Source: Octopus vulgaris (lineage: Eukaryota). Taken from it: 64,000 nt of DNA. Where the stretch lies: contig OX597818.1 in NCBI GenBank assembly GCA_951406725.2, positions 77,562,001-77,626,000 on the forward strand, in the 5' to 3' direction. Below the pieces are notes generated by a model, which was not told the DNA's origin, ran no database searches, and worked only from the letters and a program-made list of their open reading frames with translations. Shown one piece after another: positions 14,271 through 28,171 of the stretch. Each line of letters opens with the position of its first letter. The stretch's first letter is position 1. A program made the translations under genes and the position numbers.

Positions 14271-15028
14271 TCCTCAGTTTAACCCCACCACCATCTGGCC
14301 CCTGCAAACAACTTCCTCCTACCAACCACTGAGTCCCTGGAAAGGTTATGCTAAGGGCACTGCCTTCCTCTGACATTAAAAAAAAAATTCTCACATTACT
14401 TGGTATCAGAATTATCTAATTATCTACTGAATTTTTGATTGAAAATAAAGTTGGTACTTTGATAAATTACTGTATTTTAACAAAAAAAAAAAAAAGTCTC
14501 AAAGATATCACCCTGGGTCCTGTATGCAAAGTTGGGTCTATATTACATACTTTAAATATAGTAAAATCTTTTTTACTGAATATGCACTGCTGAATTCAAG
14601 ATGCATTTAATATGCCTGTGCCTTTTTTATTCCATCAAATACAGTATATTGAAGACACCTAATATTTACAATACCAACTTTAAGAACCACTGAAGTAATG
14701 TATTTTGTTTGCTAAACCTTCATTATTGCCAACCTTTGTTGAGTATCTATTTAGTTAAGTAGTTGGTTCTTTTCCTTTCTCTTCCTCATTAATGTACATC
14801 CTGTGTTGCTGATAATTATCAATTCTGATAACAAAAAAATAATCTGACAAAAGTTTAAGCGATAATTTTTATCCATTGTTTACACAGATTACAATAATAT
14901 ATTTTGGCACAGGGTATAGCATTTGTTATCTGAACACTTTCTTCTAATCTCTGAAGAATTATCATTGCTGATGTCTTGTAGGTAGTTTGATTATTAGTGG
15001 CTACATGACTTTATCATCTTTACATATG

Positions 15029-15061
<33 letters not shown>

Positions 15062-15145
15062 ATGCGTGTGCATTTTATTTATTCAAAACTGAATCGGTTC
15101 TTCCTATCCAGTAATACACACAGAGCATGGCAGAAATACCATCCC

Positions 15146-16169
15146 CTTTTGTTTTGATGCATCACTTGCCCATAGTGCTACATGGGACTGAATCTGAAAC
15201 CATGTGGTTAGGAAACAAGTTTCTCAGCCACACAGCCATACCTACACCCTATAAACCATATCTACACCCTATATGCATGTGCATGTATATAATGTAGTCA
15301 GGAAATTTTAAATCTCCTTCATCATCATAAGGATATTATTCATTCATTAATTCTTGTTTTTTTTTTCCCTATTTCCTCTTTTCACATTTATTTTATCATC
15401 TTTTAACGATCTCTTTAAACATTTTCTCCCTATTTGGTATCCAAAATATTTCAGTTTCCTGTTTTTGTGGCTAATAATTTTCTTCTTTTTTGCCATTCTT
15501 AGAAATTCATCATTGGTTTTGTGGTTTGTTCATGATATTATCAAAAGTATTCTGTATGATGCACATCCCTAAGGCTTGTTATTGATTTGATAATATTTTC
15601 ATTTTATTGCCATATTTCTGTTGAAATACACTGCCTTTATCTCAATTAATTTTGAAAGTAATGAAGAATTTAATAAAATAACTATGTCATTATTAAGCTG
15701 GTGTTTGGGACATATATTAACACAAAATTTTGATAGAGGTTTCAATTTAACTCACTTTAAAACCTGGAAATTTATATTGTAGAAGCAGGGTTGGTTTCAA
15801 GTGAGTTGGGATCAAAAGAACTAATCCTGTCTTAATGTTTCTTGATGTTAGTATGTTTGATGTTTTTCTTGAGACTTTCTAGATGTGTCAATTCTTGTGG
15901 TTTCTTCTTTATATTCCCCATTTTCTGATTGTATATATTCCAGCTGTTGTATCTTTGGTGTCTTGATCAATTGATTTTCCCTCACGTAATAGTTTATAAT
16001 ACAATAATGGCTTCTAATTTTGTAATACAATTATGGTTTCATATAGGGTGTAAATATGGTTTATAGGGTGTAGATATGGCTGTGTGGCTGAGAAAGTTGT
16101 TTCCTAACTACATGATTTCAGATTCAGTCCCATGTAGCACCATGGGTAAGTGTTTAATCAAAACAAAAG
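15146..16169. repeat. Inverted repeat pair, ~130 bp arms (15146-15275 / 16040-16169)
   Basis: Both arms contain the same SINE head, the same private duplication (tacaccctataaaccatat-tacaccctatatg) and the same flank (cttttgttttgat / atcaaaacaaaag). Confidence 0.85.
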
Positions 16170-17835
16170 CCAACAGTTTTCAAAGAACTGGGCTGGTCAA
16201 TCATATCAACCACCCCTCTTCCTCAATACCAAAACTGATCTCTGTGGGACTTGACATTCATTCGTAGTGTGTTGGAAGAGACTTCAAGGCATTTTTCCCC
16301 CATGCTCTTATGATTCTACCAATCCACCACATAATTAATAAACAGAAAGACTATTTGTTTTTCGAGCAAGTACCCACAGACAGAAAACTTGGTTGCAGTA
16401 GAAGGAAATGCTTTCAATATCTGAGAAATTTGACTCACAAAAGTATTACATAAAAGAAGCAAAAGTGACACAAAATTCTGAAAGTATATTAAGGTGTTCC
16501 AGTGTGACATGCAGGAAAGCATTAAATTCAATATATTTTAATATATTTGATTTTCCTAAAAATTTCTGAATTGAAGTTCTAGAGAAACTAATGAGGAAAG
16601 CAGCCAGAACATCGTTAATTTGAACCTATTCGGAACTTCATTAGTAACAAAAAAGCTCTTGTCTCATTATGTCTTGCATCACATCACATGTAGACATTTT
16701 GATTAGTTACAACTAAAGATAATGAGCTTGTTTTCTCTCATTATTTATAAAGCAACAATCAGTTGTCATAACCACTATTACTTTTTAATTATATTTTTGG
16801 ATTCTTGCATAGGTTGCTAAAATTAAAATCATTTGATTAATTCTATTGCTTTAAAAGTTTTTCCTATGATGAAAGCAACGGATATTAGTATGAGAAATAT
16901 TTAATATAGAAAAAATGATTATTGTATTTTCTTTTTAAATCTATTTATTTTCATTATAATTATCCAGTTTATGTGGTTTAGATTTTCATTTTGATGCTAG
17001 ATGATTGATTAGTTTTCTGATAGATTTCCTCCCACTACCCCTGAAACTATCCATTCTGTCTTGTGTATGAAAGCTTTCCCATTGAAGTCTACTCTCTTAC
17101 TGAGAAGATCAGCTGCTGAAAATACATCCACACATTCACTGCACTGCAGTGGCCTAAACAAACTATAAATGAAAGATTTCTGGAGAATTTCAACATGATA
17201 TATATTATTATTTGCCATCTCCTGGCAGCCATTATAATAAGCTCGCAATCCATGAAGTAGTTGTTCAATCCCATATCTATTCACCTATTTCACATCTACT
17301 CTTAGGTCATTGTACTTACTACTACTACTACTACTGCTACTACTACTACTGCTGCTGCTGCTGCTATTATGCTACTACTAACACTGCTCCAAAGATGTAA
17401 ACGCCAAACCTGGCAGAATGTCAGTAGTAAAGTGATGGCAGTGCTGTTATCTTCACATTGGCAAATGCTACAGATTTGCAGGCAAAGCAAGGATGATTAA
17501 ATAGACACCAATACATGTCTGGTATATATGTTATTGACTCTGAAAACAAACTGAATCCTGACAGGATTTCAGGTTGGAACAGAAAATGATAATAGTTAAT
17601 ACTGCATGTCATTTCGCCAGGTGCACAACTGTTTTTACTACTCAACAATCTTAGATGATATTGTGGATGATGATGATGATAACAGTGCTGGCAGTTAATA
17701 GTAATAATAATTCTGTGTTATTTGTAGGCCTTGCATATGCTGTGTTGCTTAATTATCTTACCTAAGATGTTGTGTCACATAATTCTCCAATGTTTTTAAC
17801 CTTAGTTACGTGAGGTTTTATACATTTTAAAGCGA

Positions 17836-17877
<42 letters not shown>

Positions 17878-17879
<2 letters not shown>

Positions 17880-18031
17880 TAGCAAAAACTGTCCGACGAA
17901 CGGCAATATGAAACTCAGAGTAACAGGTTTTGTTGAATTTTCTGCTGCTTTAAATAAAGCATATTACTCTACCACTGGTATTTGAGTACTCTTTTTTTCC
18001 ACCTTGTTTCACATTTATGTGTTTACTCCGG
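17878..18031 (+). mobile_element. Penelope-like pseudo-LTR fragment embedded in a (TA)n/(TG)n tract
   Basis: Near identical to 41162-41267 and, inverted, 40890-40972; contains a hammerhead motif, aataaa and a T-rich tail. Confidence 0.65.
17889..17926 (+). ncRNA. Minimal type I hammerhead ribozyme motif (degenerate copy)
   Basis: ctgt [ccgacga] acg-gcaa-tat [gaaa] ctc-a-gag [ta] acag: stem I ctgt/acag, core CUGANGA with U4>C, GNRA-capped stem II, GAAA, short stem III, GUA cleavage triplet. Confidence 0.65.
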
Positions 18032-18499
18032 TATATATGTGTGTGTGTGTGTGTGTGTGAGGTGTCTTGACTTGAGAGTTACTTGGTGACCTCATAAGTG
18101 CTCTAGTACCATGAGAAAACACCCAATGCATTTTGTAAAGTAGTTGGTGTTAGAAAAAGCATTTAACTGTAGAAACCATGCCAAAACAGACATTGGGACT
18201 TGACACTAATCTAGCTCATCCAGTACTTATTTTATCAACCCTGAACAAATGATGACCTCGGTGGAATTTGAACTCAGAGCTTAAAGCTGAATAAAATGTT
18301 GTTAAGCATTTTGTCTGACATGCTAACAGTTCTGCCAGCTTGCCACTTGGTCATATTTCTATTAGTAGTAGTAGTAGTAGTAGCATTGGTTAGTACAATG
18401 ACCTAAGAGCAAATCTAAGTAGATGTGGGTTTGAACTACTACTTCATGAATTGTGAGTTTATAGTGTTTACCAAAGGGAAGCTAATTATAATAATAATA

Positions 18500-18715
18500 A
18501 TGGTTTCAAATTTTAGCACAAGGCCAGCAATTTTGGGGCAGGGGCTAAGTTGATTACATCAACTCCAGTGCTCCAACTGGTATTTATTTTATTGACCTCA
18601 AAAGGATGAAATGCAAAGTCGATCTTGGTGGAATTTGATCTTAGAATGTAAAGACAGATGAAATATCGCTAAGCATTTTGCCTGGCATGCTAATAATTCT
18701 GCCAGCTCACCACTT
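18500..18715 (-). mobile_element. Nin/Deu-domain SINE
   Basis: aaaggatgaaatgcaaagtcgatcttggtggaatttga...ctaagcattttgcctggcatgctaataattctgccagctc, reverse complement of 62141-62360. Confidence 0.75.
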
Positions 18716-19030
18716 TAATAATAATAATAATTATTATTTGTTTCCACATTGCTGGCAAATGAAGGTTACAAAGACAGGTTACAAAATTTTACCAAAATTT
18801 ACCAAGTTCCAGTAATTGGATTAAAGTGGACAAAAGTAAAAAGAAATGACTAAGGTTTTTAAATTTCCTCTGAGAGGGATACTGCTGCCTAGAGCCAATC
18901 AAGCAACCCCAGAGATCCAAGATTATCCCTTGGGTTCTGGAAGTTTTGTCCTTGTTTATTACATAAGCTTGTCCACCTGACAGTTTTGTATTATTTCTTT
19001 ACTCTTTTGTTACAGTATTTATGTTGAAAT

Positions 19031-19301
19031 GTAGTGAGGCGTAGTGGTTATGGTATTTGGCTTATCACTAAGGTCTTAAGTTCAATTCCCAGCAGCTTAT
19101 TGTATCCTTGAGCAAGACACTTTATTTCATGTTGCTCCAGTCCATTCAGCTGGTAAAAATGTATCATGCTGAATCTCCCTGAGAGCTATGTTAAGGGTAC
19201 ATGTTTCTATGGAGTTCTCAGTCACTTGCATGTTAATTTCACAAGCAGTCTGTTCCCATAGATTGGAGCAACCCTTGTTACCATAACCAACGGAGTATCA
19301 G
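19031..19301 (+). mobile_element. tRNA-derived SINE with 12-bp TSD, inserted in a piggyBac-type MITE (~19000-19701)
   Basis: gtagtggtta (A box), gttcaattccc (B box), tccttgagcaagacactttatttc core; TSD ttatgttgaaat at 19019-19030 and 19302-19313. Confidence 0.75.
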
Positions 19302-20117
19302 TTATGTTGAAATATACTGGTTTTGTTTCACTTATTTTTGAAAATACTGAAGAATTTAGTGAAAAAACTTAGTATTAATCCGTTTTTTTTGAAACATAAC
19401 GTATTTTCTGGCATAGAAGTTGATGTAATGTCAACATTCAAGCATTGTCACTATCTTTCCAAATCTTCCTGCATTTCATATGGAATTTTTGGTCCTCCAA
19501 AATTGTCTTGGTATTTAAGTCAGCCTACTTATTTTAGCTGTAAATTTTGGTCTGAAAATTTTGACTTGTTAGCAGGGGTGGGGATATGGTAAATTAATAT
19601 GAAATTTCTATGCAAGTTTTTGAATATAGATCACTTGAAGACCAACAATTTGTATCCTGAAATCAGAGACTGTCTCAGGTGGCTTGGTATCAAAAGAGTT
19701 AGTGTTGAGTACTTATTGGTGTGAATGGATGAGTTCCTAAATGTTTAGGGATATATTTGTGATCTTCCCTGGCTTAATCACTTCTTTTTTAAATTCCTCT
19801 CTTACTTTTTGGGGTGTTTCATGAAAAGAAGAGTTTAAAATTAAGATCTGAATGGGCATTATGTATTTTTCATTTTGTTCCAGTTTTATGTAAATATGTG
19901 TATGTGTGTTTTTTGTCTTCCCCCTCCACTGCTTGACAACCAGTTTATTTACATCCCTATAGTTTATCAATTTGGCTATAGAGATGATAGAATAAGTATT
20001 AGATTTAGATATGAAAATTGTTTAAGCGGTCAGAATTGGATAAAGATAACATCCAATTCTATCAGCACATACTGTTTGAAGTCAAATTAGCTGATATTAA
20101 TGGAATTTTCAAAATGT

Positions 20118-20345
20118 TTAACCATTTAGTGTTCAGATTAATATGTCAAAAGTAATCCTTATTTTTTTCACATTTTAAAAATTTAATCTGGTGTTATCTT
20201 GTAGCTTCAAGATTTGAAGATGTAATTGTTTATTTTTAGAATGACATTACAGGGTATGTGTGAGATGCTGGTTCTCACCACTTTGAGCATAAAATGGGTA
20301 GAATATTTGGGCCAGATACGGCTGGTTTAAATACTAAAGGGTTAT
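20118..20345. mobile_element. piggyBac-type MITE, second family
   Basis: ttaaccatttagtgttcagatta ... aatactaaagggtta termini; related copies end at ~21296 and span 59258-59822. Confidence 0.6.
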
Positions 20346-20772
20346 AAAATAATACTTTTTCCCAGAATTTATAAATCTTGTCAGGTTAAAATAAAATCCA
20401 AGATATATTGCAGGCAATGGCACAGCTTTGTGGTTACAAGCTTCATAACCAAATGCTTTTTCAGTTTCGGTTTCCATTTTTTTTAACCTTTTGTTGCACC
20501 AGCACCAGAGGAGCTTTGATACATAACTTAGGCAGAGCTGAAGAGTCTTCTCAACTCTGTGCTGTGTCTGTGCATTTCAACAACCACTTTTCAGTGTGTA
20601 GTGGGTGCATTTTGTCATGGCACCAGTATTCAGGAATTTGCCTTATAACTCACAAGACTGAAGAACTTTGGTTCTGAGAAAGGTTGATGACATGCTGAAT
20701 TTAGATTGAGGTGTCAAGAAGACAGAGATAGTAGTTCCCTTCACTTTTCCATCATGTTCTTACTCTAGCTAG

Positions 20773-21035
20773 TGAAGGCATGTGGCTTAGTGGCTAAGAT
20801 ATTTTGTTCACAATCATATAGTTGTGAGATCAATTCTCAGTGGTACGTTGTGTCCTTGAGCAAGACACTTTATTTCACATTGTTCCAGTCCACTCCACTG
20901 GCAGAAATGATTAGTACCTGTATTTCGAAGGGTCAGCCTTGTCACATTCTGTGTCACTCTGAATCTCCCTGAGAACTACATTAAGGTATGCATGTCTGTG
21001 GAGTACTCAGTCACTTGCACATTAATTTCACAAGT
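20773..21035 (+). mobile_element. tRNA-derived SINE (same family as 19031-19301)
   Basis: tgaaggcatgtggcttagtggcta...gtgtccttgagcaagacactttatttcacattgttccagtccactc...gaatctccctgagaactac. Confidence 0.7.
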
Positions 21036-22062
21036 ATTTTAAGCATCTCAGTAACTATCTGTAAAGGACCAGATACTGTCTTTGCCTTTGTTTCCTTAAT
21101 GCTACAGTTTTTTTCACTCACATTGTATTTAATTGATCATGTATCATCTCATAGCTTTGAAATTTTGATGATACGATTGTGTATTTTTAGAATAGCATTA
21201 AAGGGTAGGCATAATAAGCTGGATCTGGCTGGTTAGAACATAAAACAGGTAGCATATTTGGGCTGGATGTGGCCAGGTTAAATGCTAAAGGGTTAATCTC
21301 TGTTTAGCATTCTGCTATCAACATAGATGCTGGGTCATTTTTTAGGTTTACCTGGAGTAGACATCTCCTTTCACATGCCAACTCTACATTCAGCAGCCTC
21401 ATGTAGTAACACTCCCATAGCTCTTATTTTGTTGTGTCAGTGAGAGCAAATTATAACATTCCCCCACAACACACACGCACACACACACACCCACACACCT
21501 TTCTGACATCTCAATTCATTCTACTAGTAGTATACTGTCTAGCATTCCTGAACACCTTGATTCAGCACAGTATTATAGTCAGTATTGCAATTGCTAATAA
21601 TAACACTCTGGGTATTGTTTCTACTCACTTAAGATGATAATTGAAGAACAAAAAGGTAGGGAATAAAGGAAAGCAAACAGGTAGGTTACCAGCAGCGCAC
21701 ATCAAGATAGTGTCCTGAAACCAGTGGTGGTGATGGAAGAGTTTACTGTGGTTGAGAAGCACATGGTTTTGGTTTTGTTAACACCAAAGAGAGTATGAGA
21801 GTTGAAAACCATGAAAATATTATTATTGAAGGAAATTGTTACATGTTAATGGCTTTGTTACAGTGAGTGAGGAATTTTAAGCCATCAAGAGAAATTCTTA
21901 GTTTTTCCTGTTTCAGTTGTAGCAGGTTAGGATCAGAGAAAAGCTCGGTTTAAAATGATGCATGAGGGCCAATACACTTTGTGTGTGATGGTGGTGGTGG
22001 GGAGAAATTGTGGGAAGGAAAGCATGCTTATGGCTTTACGCTATTACATGCCTGTGTGTGTT

Positions 22063-22117
<55 letters not shown>

Positions 22118-22237
22118 AAGAAACAGAAAAGGGCTGACCACAGAAAGTGCATCAGCTGTAAAATCTTTCCTTACATATGTCCTCATCTAACCACCCATGC
22201 TAGCGTTGCAAATAGATGCTAAAAGAATGAACAAACC

Positions 22238-26776
<4,539 letters not shown>

Positions 26777-26807
26777 AGATAGGGGATGGAAAACTGAGAA
26801 ATATTTG

Positions 26808-26937
<130 letters not shown>

Positions 26938-27049
26938 TCTTTTAATATCCTCAAACAACCAAATAATCAAAAACTCACACCCTTGAACATTTATATATAT
27001 ATACACTTCTTTAACTGTCAAAAGGAAAACAAACAAAAGAAAAACAAAC

Positions 27050-28171
27050 ATGACTAACTTGCAGGCCTGCAACAGACGAAATTGGTCTGATAACGAAATT
27101 GATGTTTTAATAAACACATGGCTCTCTCTTTCCCAAACAGAAAATCTAAATGTCTTGTGTTTGAATGAGATTGCCGAAAAAACATCACAAGTGGTCAACA
27201 CACGATCCGTCAAACAGATTCGTAGCAAGTTGAAACATATCGAAGTATCTTTCAAACTGATAAGAGGCCATTATGAAAAGCTTCTACATATTTTCACAGT
27301 TCAAGAACAACAACAGCTAGAAAATCAGCAGCCACAACAACAACAACAACAGAATGAGCCACTCCTGGTTCCCAACACAATGGCTGACCCTGACATCGGT
27401 CAGGCACAACAACAACAACAACAGCCACAGCAACAAGAACAACAACAGCCACTCCTCAACTCTAGCTTACTAGACGATTCACTAAATGCCAGTATCTTTT
27501 CACCGCTCTCACAGCAACCACCACAATTATCATCATCATCATCACCACCGCTGCCACCATCGTCTTCTATCACCAAAAATACCAACAGAAAACCAAATAA
27601 GAAACCACTGCCCTCTTCCCCCACATCACCACCTCAATACTACTGCAGTAACAAAAACTTAAAGAAACATAGGAAGCAGAATGCGCCCCCCACGGCACAA
27701 ACAAGAAATCCCCAAATATGCCGCTATTCACTGCGCCAGAGACTCTGCACAAATAGTGACTGCATCTTCACGCATCTACCCGGCACTAGACGCACTACTG
27801 GCCAAGGCCAAAGCACGCATCCCACAATAACATCAACACCACCAAATAGTAAATCGAAATTCAAAACACACACAACTCGGAGTCCCAAAATCTGCCGGTA
27901 TTCCCAACGTGAGAGAACATGTCTACTGAGTGACTGTCCCTTCACTCATCTTCCAGGGACCCGACGCACAAACAGAAACGGGGCCTCAAGCCAACACACA
28001 AACCTGAATAACAATAAAAATAGAAACACACCATGCTGCAGTAATGCTGGTCCAGTCTTTTCAGGAAGACACAAAAACAACAACAACAAAAGTGGAAACT
28101 ACAACCCTATCCAACAGTGCAACCACACCTCCAGCCAAAAACTGCTCCCTAAGCAGGAAAATTCTTTTTAG
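27050..28171 (+). CDS. LINE ORF1: Myb/SANT-like N-terminal domain, poly-Q/S/P linker, two CCCH zinc fingers
   Basis: [16 protein letters not shown]...EIAEKT...[18 protein letters not shown] fits the trihelix Myb/SANT pattern; [19 protein letters not shown] and [19 protein letters not shown] are both C-x8-C-x4-C-x3-H, each followed by LPGTRRT. Confidence 0.85.
   Translation: MTNLQACNRRNWSDNEIDVLINTWLSLSQTENLNVLCLNEIAEKTSQVVNTRSVKQIRSKLKHIEVSFKLIRGHYEKLLHIFTVQEQQQLENQQPQQQQQQNEPLLVPNTMADPDIGQAQQQQQQPQQQEQQQPLLNSSLLDDSLNASIFSPLSQQPPQLSSSSSPPLPPSSSITKNTNRKPNKKPLPSSPTSPPQYYCSNKNLKKHRKQNAPPTAQTRNPQICRYSLRQRLCTNSDCIFTHLPGTRRTTGQGQSTHPTITSTPPNSKSKFKTHTTRSPKICRYSQRERTCLLSDCPFTHLPGTRRTNRNGASSQHTNLNNNKNRNTPCCSNAGPVFSGRHKNNNNKSGNYNPIQQCNHTSSQKLLPKQENSF

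Noticed and set aside
17009-17284. 91-aa minus-strand ORF
   Set aside because: Overlaps a dispersed repeat; no domain or splice evidence.
28042-28046. TAATG overlap suggesting stop-start coupling for ORF2
   Set aside because: The TAA is not in the ORF1 frame, so it cannot couple ORF1 termination to this ATG.
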